Shown here: in pieces, positions 9,087 through 18,010 of the stretch
How positions within the stretch are numbered: position 1 is the first letter of the stretch
Layout: every line of letters starts with the position of its first letter
Assembly: GCA_023898465.1 (NCBI GenBank)
Contig: CP060223.1
Coordinates: forward strand, 320,001-384,000
DNA: 64,000 nt
Reading direction: 5' to 3'
Source: Candidatus Nomurabacteria bacterium
Lineage (GTDB): Bacteria; Patescibacteriota; Patescibacteriia; HK-STAS-PATE-3
The notes under the pieces: generated by a model
Seen by the model: the letters and a program-made list of their open reading frames with translations, nothing else
The model's database searches: none
What the model was told of the DNA's origin: nothing
Position numbers and translations under genes: made by a program

Positions 9087-10832
9087 ATGGAGGAAATAAC
9101 ACTGAAAATTGGGGGTATCGCCGGGGCGGGAATTAAATCTACCGGCGAGATATTTGCAAAAATCTGCTTGCGCTCAGGCTGGCATGTCTTTGATTACACT
9201 GAATATCCCTCACTTATTCGCGGAGGACATAACACCTATCACGTGCGAGCAGCCACGGAGCCAATCTGGAGCACGGTGCAGTATATACACATCCTTATCG
9301 CACTAAATGAGGAGGCCGTACGACTTCATTTGGAGCACGTGATTGAGGGTGGAGTAGTGGTGTACGATCCTTCGGTCGTGGATGCTGAAAAACTTGGTCG
9401 AGGTCGTAGTGATGTGCGCTTTTGTGCAGTACCTTTTGCTGAATTGGCCATTTCCTCAGGCGGTATTGAAAAGATGGGAAATATGGTTTCCATTGGTGCG
9501 GTGGTTGGACTCTTACACGGCTCGCTGAAAATTACCAAGTCAGTTATTGCCGATATTTTTGCCACTAAGGGTGAGCAAATTGTTTCACAGAATGAAGTAG
9601 CGGCTGAGGCTGGCTATGAATATGTGCAAGAGCATTTTTCTGAACCTTTTGCATGGACTTTGCATGAGTTGGATGCGCCTGAACAGATGCTCGTAGCAGG
9701 AAACGAAGCATTAGGCTTTGGCGCTTTAGCCGGCGGCGTGCAATTTTATGCGGGATATCCCATGACACCATCCTCATCCATCCTGCATTTCATGGCCAAA
9801 TACGGGCCAAAGCAGGGCGTGGTAGTGAAGCACGCTAGCGATGAAATTGGTGCAGTAAATATGTGCATTGGCGCTGGATTTGCGGGAGCGCGAGCCATGA
9901 CCGCCAGTTCGGGTGGGGGTTTTTCTCTCATGGTGGAATCACTTGGTCTAGCTGGGATTACCGAAACGCCAATTGTTATTACCGAAGTGCAGCGTGGTGG
10001 TCCAGCCACCGGCCTACCAACCTGGACCGAGCAAGCCGACCTTCGCTTTGTTGCTCATGCCTCACAGGGTGAATTTCCTCGCGTGCTTTTGGCACCTGCT
10101 TCGGTCGAGGAATGCTTTACCCATGCGGCACTGGCACTTAATCTAGCAGAAATCGCACAAACCCCAGTGCTTATCTTGTCTGATAAATTATTGGCAGAGA
10201 GTCAGAAGAGTACAGAGCCTTTCACCTCCAAACACGTTGCTATTGATCGAGGTAAGCTCATGACCACTCGGGAGGCAAATAGACAAAAAGACTACCACCG
10301 TTATGAAATCACAGAGGATGGTATTTCACCTCGAGCTGTACCAGGCCTGCCCAATACACTTTTCCTAGCTAATAGCGATGAGCATGACACCTATGGCTAT
10401 AGTGAAGAGAACGCAGAGAATCGCACCGCAATGGTTGATAAGCGAGCTCGTAAGCTTGAGCAGATTAAGGATTTACTGCCAAAGCCGATAATAATCGGAC
10501 CAAAGCAAGCTGACTACACTTTTATTACCTGGGGATCCACTATGGGCCCGGTGCTTGATGCAATGCGTATCCTCGAGGCTGAGGGACATAGCGTGCAGAT
10601 GTATCGCTTGCCAGTGATACTTCCGTTCCCAAGCGAAGAGGTAACACAATTTCTAGAAACTACCACGCAAACTATTTTAGTAGAGAATAACAGCGAAGGT
10701 CAGCTTGGTGGTTTGATTCGCGAAAAAACTGGTTACGAATTAGATGTGCACATGTTGAAATATGATGGCCGGCCCTTTTTCCCAGAGGAAATTGTACAAA
10801 ACTTTTTAGCAATGATTGAAGAAGCGCATTAA
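9087..10832 (+). CDS. korA: 2-oxoacid:ferredoxin oxidoreductase alpha subunit (fused gamma-alpha type, KorA/PorA-like)
   Basis: 581 aa with an N-terminal gamma-like domain fused to a pyruvate flavodoxin/ferredoxin oxidoreductase alpha core. It is paired with a TPP-binding beta subunit directly downstream. Confidence 0.82.
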   Translation: MEEITLKIGGIAGAGIKSTGEIFAKICLRSGWHVFDYTEYPSLIRGGHNTYHVRAATEPIWSTVQYIHILIALNEEAVRLHLEHVIEGGVVVYDPSVVDAEKLGRGRSDVRFCAVPFAELAISSGGIEKMGNMVSIGAVVGLLHGSLKITKSVIADIFATKGEQIVSQNEVAAEAGYEYVQEHFSEPFAWTLHELDAPEQMLVAGNEALGFGALAGGVQFYAGYPMTPSSSILHFMAKYGPKQGVVVKHASDEIGAVNMCIGAGFAGARAMTASSGGGFSLMVESLGLAGITETPIVITEVQRGGPATGLPTWTEQADLRFVAHASQGEFPRVLLAPASVEECFTHAALALNLAEIAQTPVLILSDKLLAESQKSTEPFTSKHVAIDRGKLMTTREANRQKDYHRYEITEDGISPRAVPGLPNTLFLANSDEHDTYGYSEENAENRTAMVDKRARKLEQIKDLLPKPIIIGPKQADYTFITWGSTMGPVLDAMRILEAEGHSVQMYRLPVILPFPSEEVTQFLETTTQTILVENNSEGQLGGLIREKTGYELDVHMLKYDGRPFFPEEIVQNFLAMIEEAH

Positions 10833-10834
10833 GC

Positions 10835-11704
10835 ATGGCCAAAGCAATCGAAAAAAAAGATAAGTTTCACACTGATAAGTCGCCAACTTGGTGCCCGGGC
10901 TGCGGCGATTTCAGTATTTGGATGGCGCTGAAAGAAGCGTTGGAGAAGTTGCAGCTAGAACCAGAAAAAGTTGTGATTGTGTACGGCATTGGTTGTTCTG
11001 GCAATATGGCGAATTATGTCCGCACCTATGGCTTCCACGGCCTGCACGGAAGAGCCTTACCAGTAGGTGAGGCGGTGAAGATGATTAATCCAGGCATGAC
11101 CGTGATCGTAGTCGGTGGAGATGGTGATGGTTTGGGCGAGGGGATCGGCCATTTCTTGCACTCAGTGCGTGGCAATCATGATCTCACGTATATTATTCAT
11201 GATAACCAGGTGTATGGCCTAACCACTGGGCAGACCGCGCCAACCTCAGCTAAGGGTTTTGTTACAAAATCTACTCCCTTCGGCGTCTTGGAAGAGCCGG
11301 TGAACGCCGCAGCACTAGCTTTAGCAGCTGGCGGGCACTTTGTGGCGCGTGGTTTTGCTGGCGAGCAAATGCATTTGGTTGATACTTTGGTTCGAGCTAT
11401 TCAGCACCCTGGCTTCTCGCTTGTAGATGTACTCCAGCCTTGTGTCACTTTTAATGACTTAAATACCTACGCCTGGTTTTTTGAGCGTATTTACAAACTG
11501 GAAGAGAGTGAGTATGCTCCGAATGACCGAATGCAGGCGATGGTAAAAGCAATGGAAAGCGCCACGCTGCCGATTGGTGTGATGTATGAAGGTGAAAGTA
11601 CGCCATATCATTTGGGTGTTGAGGGTCTGGATATTAGTAAGCCTTTAGCTGAGCAAAAGTTGAAGCCGAGAAATATTTCTACGATTGTCGAGCACTACCT
11701 CTAA
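10835..11704 (+). CDS. korB: 2-oxoacid:ferredoxin oxidoreductase beta subunit (TPP-binding)
   Basis: 289 aa with the TPP-binding GDG-X-N-like region (…VVGGDGDGLGEGIGH…) and the conserved N-terminal Cys cluster region. It abuts korA. Confidence 0.82.
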   Translation: MAKAIEKKDKFHTDKSPTWCPGCGDFSIWMALKEALEKLQLEPEKVVIVYGIGCSGNMANYVRTYGFHGLHGRALPVGEAVKMINPGMTVIVVGGDGDGLGEGIGHFLHSVRGNHDLTYIIHDNQVYGLTTGQTAPTSAKGFVTKSTPFGVLEEPVNAAALALAAGGHFVARGFAGEQMHLVDTLVRAIQHPGFSLVDVLQPCVTFNDLNTYAWFFERIYKLEESEYAPNDRMQAMVKAMESATLPIGVMYEGESTPYHLGVEGLDISKPLAEQKLKPRNISTIVEHYL

Positions 11705-11705
11705 G

Positions 11706-13496
11706 ATGAGCACCACAACTCAGGAACAGTTTCGGGAGGGGCCGAGCACGTCACGGGCGCGTTGGCTTTTTCGTAACCCAGTCGCCGAAAGCTTTGCCGC
11801 CAGCTTCCCTGAACATAGCGCGGTTATGCTGCAGCTATTGCAGGCACGGGGCTTAGAAAAGCAAACGCAAATTGATGAATTTTTGCAGCCTGATTATGGC
11901 AGCGACGTGCATGACCCTTTCCTTTTTCGTGATATGCACAAAGCGGTTGATCGCATTATTGATGGCGTGAAAAAAAATGAACGCATTGTTGTGTATGGCG
12001 ACTATGATGCTGATGGCGTGTGTGGCGCTTCTGTGCTCTGGTCTACTCTACATGCCCTCGGTGCCAACCCAGGAGTGTATTTACCTGATCGGCAGAGTGA
12101 GGGTTATGGTTTAAATGAAAAAGCCCTAGAGTCGCTTCACTCGCAGGGTTACACTCTCGTAATCACGGTTGATTGCGGTGTGACGAGCGTGGGGGAAGTA
12201 AAGAAGGCAAATGAGTTAGGCATCGACGTTATTATCACTGACCACCATAGCGAGCCGCCGGAGCTACCTGCCGCTTTTGCTATTCTCAACCCAAAACTCG
12301 CTGAAGAAACATATCCATTTCGTGAATTAGCCGGTACTGCTGTAGGTTTTAAACTAGCTCATGCGCTTTTACTTAAAAGTGAGTATGGGAAATCCTTTAA
12401 TCGTGAGCCCCTCGTGCAAGGTTGGGAAAAATGGCTACTTGATTTAGTGGCAATAGCCACTGTAGCAGACATGATGCCGATGTTAGGTGAGAATCGCACG
12501 TTAACCATGTATGGCTTGAAGGTGTTGCAAAAAACCCGCCGCCTGGGATTACGTTCACTTTTCTCTGTCATGCATAATGATCTCGCGAAAGCGGATACCG
12601 AGACTATCGGCTTCATGATAGCTCCACGCTTAAATGCAGCTGGTCGCCTTGATCATGCAAACACTGCTTTTCGTTTACTTGTTACTGAGGACGCCGCTGA
12701 AGCATTCGCACTGGCTGACGATTTAGAACGGACCAATACAGCTCGCCAGGCAGAGACAGAGCGAATCGTTGATGCAGCTATTGAGCAAATTGGATCTGAG
12801 CCCGAGCAACCGATTGTCGGTGCGTATCATCCAGACTGGCAAGTTGGCGTACTGGGATTAGCGGCCGGCCGCCTGGTGCATCGCTATGGACGTCCGGCTA
12901 TTGTTATGGCTAAGGTGCGTGGTCTGGTAACGGGATCAGGACGTTCTATACCTGCGCTAAATCTCATGGAAGCACTTGACCCGCTTCGTCCAAATTTTGA
13001 AAAGTTCGGTGGGCATCCGCAGGCATGTGGCTTCACATTGAAGGCAAATTACACACCAGAGGAATTTGTTATAGATTTTGCCGCGCGCGCCGGAGAGCTG
13101 CTGAAGGGGAGGGAGTTAGCACCGGAATTACTTATTGACGCGGAACTAGTTTTGCATGATGTGAATTGGGATTTACTTGAACAAATTGAGCAACTGGCAC
13201 CTTTTGGACAGAATGCGCGACGTCCAATTTTCGCAGTCCGCAATGTACAGGTCGTTGAAGCGCGCCAGGTAGGCAAGAAAAATCAACACCTCAGCCTTAC
13301 CATTCGTTCTGCGCAGGGGACTGAACATCGTAGCATCGGCTTTACCTGGGGAGAGGAGCACAGTAAACTACCAGTAGGCAAAAATATTGATTTAGCTTTT
13401 GAGCTCAGTGCAGACGAATGGAATGGTGAACGTCGCCTGCAGCTCAAAATACTTGATATTCATTACAGCGATGAAACAGATAATACTTCGATCTGA
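11706..13496 (+). CDS. recJ: Single-stranded-DNA-specific exonuclease RecJ. The ATG at 11706 is chosen; the track start at 11685 is an alternative start overlapping korB.
   Basis: DHH family motifs (…VVYGDYDADGV…, …VIITDHH…), a DHHA1 region and a C-terminal OB-like domain. About 596 aa. Confidence 0.88.
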   Translation: MSTTTQEQFREGPSTSRARWLFRNPVAESFAASFPEHSAVMLQLLQARGLEKQTQIDEFLQPDYGSDVHDPFLFRDMHKAVDRIIDGVKKNERIVVYGDYDADGVCGASVLWSTLHALGANPGVYLPDRQSEGYGLNEKALESLHSQGYTLVITVDCGVTSVGEVKKANELGIDVIITDHHSEPPELPAAFAILNPKLAEETYPFRELAGTAVGFKLAHALLLKSEYGKSFNREPLVQGWEKWLLDLVAIATVADMMPMLGENRTLTMYGLKVLQKTRRLGLRSLFSVMHNDLAKADTETIGFMIAPRLNAAGRLDHANTAFRLLVTEDAAEAFALADDLERTNTARQAETERIVDAAIEQIGSEPEQPIVGAYHPDWQVGVLGLAAGRLVHRYGRPAIVMAKVRGLVTGSGRSIPALNLMEALDPLRPNFEKFGGHPQACGFTLKANYTPEEFVIDFAARAGELLKGRELAPELLIDAELVLHDVNWDLLEQIEQLAPFGQNARRPIFAVRNVQVVEARQVGKKNQHLSLTIRSAQGTEHRSIGFTWGEEHSKLPVGKNIDLAFELSADEWNGERRLQLKILDIHYSDETDNTSI

Positions 13497-13881
13497 CGGC
13501 GGCGCGCGGGGCAACCCAGGTCCAGCCGGTATTGGCGTGGTCCTAGAGGCTGATGGGCAAATCGTAGCAGAAATCAGCGAGTATATTGGTGAAGCGACGA
13601 ACAATGTTGCTGAGTACTCAGCCTTGATTGCTGGTCTGAAAAAAGCTAAAGAATTAGCCGCTACAACCGTGCAGTGCTTTCTCGATAGTCAGTTGATTGT
13701 TGAGCAGATGAATTTACGCTACAAAGTAAAAAATCCAGACTTGGGTAAACTTTTCTTGCAAGCGCAAAACCTGGCACACACTTTTAGTAAAGTGACCTAT
13801 CAGCATGTACCGCGCGAATTAAATAAAGCCGCTGATGCGCTGGTGAATAAGGCGATTGATAGTGCGGTGGGCGCTAGCTAA
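13471..13881 (+). CDS. rnhA: Ribonuclease HI family protein (RNase H type 1 fold). The start is the internal ATG (MKQIILRSDGGARGNPG…), which overlaps the recJ end.
   Basis: DGG-RGNPG N-terminal motif, …AEYSALIAGL… and C-terminal D/E residues typical of the RNase HI / RNase H-like family. About 136 aa. Confidence 0.72.
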   Translation: MKQIILRSDGGARGNPGPAGIGVVLEADGQIVAEISEYIGEATNNVAEYSALIAGLKKAKELAATTVQCFLDSQLIVEQMNLRYKVKNPDLGKLFLQAQNLAHTFSKVTYQHVPRELNKAADALVNKAIDSAVGAS

Positions 13882-13891
13882 CTTTATTCGC

Positions 13892-14281
13892 ATGCACAAG
13901 GACATTGAATTATATAACAGGGCTTTAACGGCAAAAGAAAAAGCCATTTGCACAACGCTTGCTCACAGCATTGACGAGAGTCTTAAGTTGGCAGAAAGTA
14001 AAATATGGCACGCCCATCCGGTTTGGTTCTTAGCCGGTAATCCCATTGTCGGGTATAGTAAAATGAAGGAAGGTGTTCGGATACTTTTTTGGAGCGGCCA
14101 ATCCTTTGATGAGGAAAAGTTACAACCCGAAGGAAGTTTTAAAGCAGCTGAAGCCAGATATACTAATGTGAAGCAAATGAATAAAACTGACCTTAAAAGG
14201 TGGCTAAAAAAGGCAAAAGAAATTCAGTGGGACTACAAAAATATAGTCAAGCGAAAAGGACGACTTGAGAGGTTGAAATAG
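13892..14281 (+). CDS. DUF1801 (YdhG-like) domain protein
   Basis: About 129 aa with the pattern typical of DUF1801 (…WHAHPVWFLAGNPIVGYS…). Confidence 0.5.
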   Translation: MHKDIELYNRALTAKEKAICTTLAHSIDESLKLAESKIWHAHPVWFLAGNPIVGYSKMKEGVRILFWSGQSFDEEKLQPEGSFKAAEARYTNVKQMNKTDLKRWLKKAKEIQWDYKNIVKRKGRLERLK

Positions 14282-14321
14282 CGTTGTGTTAACTAGACGG
14301 TTCTTGATGGTGAGTTTTTTT

Positions 14322-14547
14322 ATTTAAACAAAGAAAAAGACCCCCCATCAGATGTGCTAATGGGGGGTAGGGACGGGTCTCGGCGGCACCTTAGGGCACC
14401 AGGGGTCCGCTCTGTTCTACGGTCAACTTTTTCACGTCTCAAGGGACGTGCCAAAGAGTGCTGAACAATCACAGACCGCGTTGGCCACTGTATGCACTCG
14501 CTCACCATCCCGTGTGCAGAAGCTAACAAAAACTACCTTTTGCGTCA
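14322..14547 (-). ncRNA. Candidate small non-coding RNA of unknown family (~220 nt). It is bounded on the minus strand by a sigma70-like promoter (-35 TTGCAA at 14577-14582, -10 CATACT at 14554-14559) and an intrinsic terminator (hairpin 14341-14367 plus a T-run on the minus strand).
   Basis: The 350-bp gap contains no convincing ORF. A perfect 8-bp G/C-rich hairpin (CCCCCCAT/ATGGGGGG) is followed by a long T-tract, but only when read on the minus strand. The promoter hexamers sit 17 nt apart, about 220 nt upstream. Confidence 0.3.
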
Positions 14548-14629
14548 ATAGAGAGTATGACAATTACCAACTTTCCTTGCAAAAAAGGTCATTTTCAGGC
14601 ACTATTAGCCCGTACTTAACCACACACCT

Positions 14630-17386
14630 ATGCGCATGCGACGATGGATTCTCACAATAGTAGCAGTAGTTTTTGTGCTCAGTGCTTTAATTGCAGCTTT
14701 AGCGAACACCATAACAGATTGGTGGTGGTTTCAATCGATTCAGCAGACTGATCTCTTCCTCACGCCATTGTATACACAACTACTCTTAGGTTTCGGAGTA
14801 GGCTTATTTGTGGCTCTACTTTTCTTTTTTAATACCTATTTAGTTGGTCGTTTCGCGCGTACGCCATCAAAGACTTTTCAATGGTCACAACGAAAAGGGG
14901 ATGCTGTAGAAATTAAGTCGGTAGCGGTGGCGCCATTTGCTCGCAAGATAAGCATGGTCTTTGCCTTGCTCCTTGGGTTAATTTTTGGATTTACTGCGGC
15001 TAGTCACTGGGAAACCGTGCAACTATTCCTTCATCGTGTGGCTGTTGGACAGACCGATCCATTATTTGGGCGTGATGTGAGTTATTACTTTTTCACGCTG
15101 CCTTTTGTAAAGATTGTGGTACAGACGGCTTTTGCGGCCATGTTACTACTCACCATAACGACCATTGTTTTGTATTTTGTGCATGGTGCCTTAGAAGTTG
15201 GTCGTCGCATTATGGGGCGGGATCGACTGGGTATGAAGACTTTAGTAAGCGCCGCACGTCAGCATCTGTCCATTATCAGCGCGATTCTTTTCGCCTTAGT
15301 CGCTGTTCAGCTTTATTTCATCGCAGTTCCGGATTTAGTGTATAGCGCTACTGGTCCAATCACTGGAGCGAGTTATACCGATGTCCACATCCGCTTGCCC
15401 ATCCTTTATATCGGCACGGGTATTGCGATTCTTCTAGCCGTCAGTCTACTTGCCCACAGTATTAAATCCTCTACACGTTGGGTGGCTGGATTTGCCGGAG
15501 CTTTTCTAGTTCTCTTCATTGTCGGTGGTTGGTTAGTGCCTGATTTGTTGCAGCGCTTCGTTGTTTTACCGAACGAATTAGATAAAGAGTCGGAGTATAT
15601 CACCCGTCATCTCGAGGCTACTCGGCAAGCCTATGGTTTAGATACCATTGAGAAACGTGATCTATCCGGTGACACCGCACTAACCCGGAGTGATATTGAT
15701 GCGAATCCTGGCACAATTAAAAATGTTCGCTTGTGGGATCGCGATCCACTTCTTGATACCTTTAGCCAGATTCAGGAAATTCGCACCTACTATGAGTTTA
15801 ATTCGATCGATAATGATCGCTATACCATCAATGGTGATTATCGTCAGGTGCTATTGTCACCCCGTGAATTGGAGGCTGGGAATCTCCCTCAGCGTAATTT
15901 TATTAACGAGCATCTAACCTTCACCCACGGATATGGACTTACCTTGGGTCCTGTGAACGAAGTCACACCAGAAGGTTTACCAGTGCTATTTGTGCAGGAT
16001 ATTCCACCAAGCTCTTCCACTAATGTTGAGGTGAAGCGTCCGGAAATTTACTTCGGTGAATTAGCAAATGATTACGTCGTAGTAGATAGCGGTGCGAAAG
16101 AGTTTGATTATCCATCCGGTGAGGAAAATGTCTTCAGTGATTACAGTGGAGATGGGGGAGTGCAGGTGAACTCTCTATTCCGTAAGTTGCTCTACGCTAT
16201 TCGCTTCCAATCAAGTAAATTCCTGTTCTCCTCAGATATCAAAGGCGACTCACGCGTCATGTACTACCGTGATATTCAGGATCGAGTGCAGCGTACCTTG
16301 CCGTTTTTACGCTTTGATGGTGACCCATATCTCGTGGTGCGTGATGATGGTTCCTTGACTTGGATCTACGACGCGTATACCACCTCGAATGCGTATCCAT
16401 ATGCCGAGCGAGTCTCTGATGCACTCCTACAGCATAATAGCGGTGGGCTCTATGGTCAGATTAACTACATTCGCAATGCGGTAAAAGTGAGCATTGATGG
16501 ATATACAGGCGCCATGACCTTCTATGTCGCGGACGCTAATGATGCAATTATTCAGGCATATCAGGGCGTTTTCCCGGCTAGCTTCACCTCAATGAATGAA
16601 ATGCCGGATGATTTGCGTTCACATATCCGCTTCCCAGAAGATATGTTCCAGTATTTGACCAACATCTACTCGATCTATCACATGGAGGATGCGCAAATCT
16701 TCTATAACCGCGAGGACCAGTGGTCGATTCCAACCCGGCCAAATGAAAGCTCTGATCCCTTCATGCGACATATGATTATGCGCTTGCCAGAAGAGGAAAA
16801 AGAGGAATACATCCTCATGCTTCCTTTCACGCCTAGGGGTAAAGATAATCTCTCAGCCTGGATGGTTGCCCGAAATGACGGCCAACACTACGGTCAATTG
16901 GTTGTGTATCGATTCCCGAAACAAAAGTTAGTGTATGGCCCAATCCAGATCATCAATCGTATTAACCAGGATCCGGATATTTCGCGACAAATTTCACTTT
17001 GGGATCAGCGCGGCTCAGAGGTTATTCGTGGTAACTTGTTGGTTATCCCGATTGAGTCATCCTTGCTTTATGTGCAGCCAATTTATCTCCGTGCCGAAGG
17101 AGGACGCATCCCAGAGTTGAAGCGCGTCATTGTAGCGCATGAAAACAAGATCGCCATGGAGGAAACGCTTGATCAAGCCTTGATTCGACTTTTCCCTCGT
17201 GATGGAGAGGCGCCAGCACCGAGCAATACCACCGATGAAGAGACTGATACCACGGACGCAAGTGTGGCGCAGCAGGCCAGCGATGCATACCAGCGAGCCT
17301 TAGATGCGCAGCGGAATGGCGACTGGACGACCTATGGCGAGGAGATACAGCGTCTCGGTGAGTTGCTTGGGCAGCTAAACCAATAG
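14630..17386 (+). CDS. Large polytopic membrane protein, UPF0182-like: N-terminal multi-TM region plus a large extracytoplasmic domain
   Basis: 918 aa with about 7 N-terminal TM helices and then a ~650-aa soluble domain. The overall architecture matches UPF0182 family proteins; the family call is by recollection only. Confidence 0.5.
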   Translation: MRMRRWILTIVAVVFVLSALIAALANTITDWWWFQSIQQTDLFLTPLYTQLLLGFGVGLFVALLFFFNTYLVGRFARTPSKTFQWSQRKGDAVEIKSVAVAPFARKISMVFALLLGLIFGFTAASHWETVQLFLHRVAVGQTDPLFGRDVSYYFFTLPFVKIVVQTAFAAMLLLTITTIVLYFVHGALEVGRRIMGRDRLGMKTLVSAARQHLSIISAILFALVAVQLYFIAVPDLVYSATGPITGASYTDVHIRLPILYIGTGIAILLAVSLLAHSIKSSTRWVAGFAGAFLVLFIVGGWLVPDLLQRFVVLPNELDKESEYITRHLEATRQAYGLDTIEKRDLSGDTALTRSDIDANPGTIKNVRLWDRDPLLDTFSQIQEIRTYYEFNSIDNDRYTINGDYRQVLLSPRELEAGNLPQRNFINEHLTFTHGYGLTLGPVNEVTPEGLPVLFVQDIPPSSSTNVEVKRPEIYFGELANDYVVVDSGAKEFDYPSGEENVFSDYSGDGGVQVNSLFRKLLYAIRFQSSKFLFSSDIKGDSRVMYYRDIQDRVQRTLPFLRFDGDPYLVVRDDGSLTWIYDAYTTSNAYPYAERVSDALLQHNSGGLYGQINYIRNAVKVSIDGYTGAMTFYVADANDAIIQAYQGVFPASFTSMNEMPDDLRSHIRFPEDMFQYLTNIYSIYHMEDAQIFYNREDQWSIPTRPNESSDPFMRHMIMRLPEEEKEEYILMLPFTPRGKDNLSAWMVARNDGQHYGQLVVYRFPKQKLVYGPIQIINRINQDPDISRQISLWDQRGSEVIRGNLLVIPIESSLLYVQPIYLRAEGGRIPELKRVIVAHENKIAMEETLDQALIRLFPRDGEAPAPSNTTDEETDTTDASVAQQASDAYQRALDAQRNGDWTTYGEEIQRLGELLGQLNQ

Positions 17387-17387
17387 C

Positions 17388-17954
17388 ATGAAACGGGGGA
17401 TCAAGGTACTGCTTATTTCCGACGCTTGGATTAATCTTGCCTTAGGCATGATAGGTCCGATTTACGCTATTTTTGTGGAAGACATTGGCGGGGACCTCCT
17501 GGACGCGAGCTGGGCGTATTCCGTTTACATGATCACTGCTGGAGTTGTGATGTTTTTGCTTGGTAAGTGGGAGGATCGCGCCAAACACAAGGAAAAGTTT
17601 GTGGTTATTGGTTATGCGCTTATTAGCCTAGCGTGTTTCATGTATATTTTTGTGAATAGTCAGATTATGCTTTTGTTCACGCAGGCAGTACTTGGACTTT
17701 CTCTCGCCGTGCTCAGTCCGTCATTTGATGCCATTTATTCACATTTTGTGAAGCGTAAAGAAGAGGCCTCAAATTGGGGTATTTGGGAAGCGATGAGTTA
17801 TGTAGTGACCGCCATTGCCGCGATCATTGGAGGCTATGTCGCGGACGGTTTCGGTTTCCGCACCCTTTTCATTGTCATGTTTGTTATTTCCTTATTTGGT
17901 ACAAGTTATAGCATGCATTTGTATCGAGGTAAGAAGTATTTGAATCGGGGATGA
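17388..17954 (+). CDS. Six-TM MFS-like half transporter (possible truncated or stand-alone MFS half)
   Basis: 188 aa with six hydrophobic helices. The sequence resembles the C-terminal six-helix bundle of MFS permeases. Its start overlaps the upstream stop (ATGA). Confidence 0.4.
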   Translation: MKRGIKVLLISDAWINLALGMIGPIYAIFVEDIGGDLLDASWAYSVYMITAGVVMFLLGKWEDRAKHKEKFVVIGYALISLACFMYIFVNSQIMLLFTQAVLGLSLAVLSPSFDAIYSHFVKRKEEASNWGIWEAMSYVVTAIAAIIGGYVADGFGFRTLFIVMFVISLFGTSYSMHLYRGKKYLNRG

Positions 17955-18010
17955 TTCGAATGAATATGAGAAGAACAGGGACCACGCGAAGGCATAGTCC
18001 CTGTGTTCTG

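Noticed and set aside
14320-14529. 69-aa Arg-rich ORF on the minus strand (TTG start) inside the candidate sRNA region
   Set aside because: The 3' end, including the stop codon, lies within the intrinsic terminator hairpin and T-tract. There is no RBS. The transcript is more plausibly non-coding.
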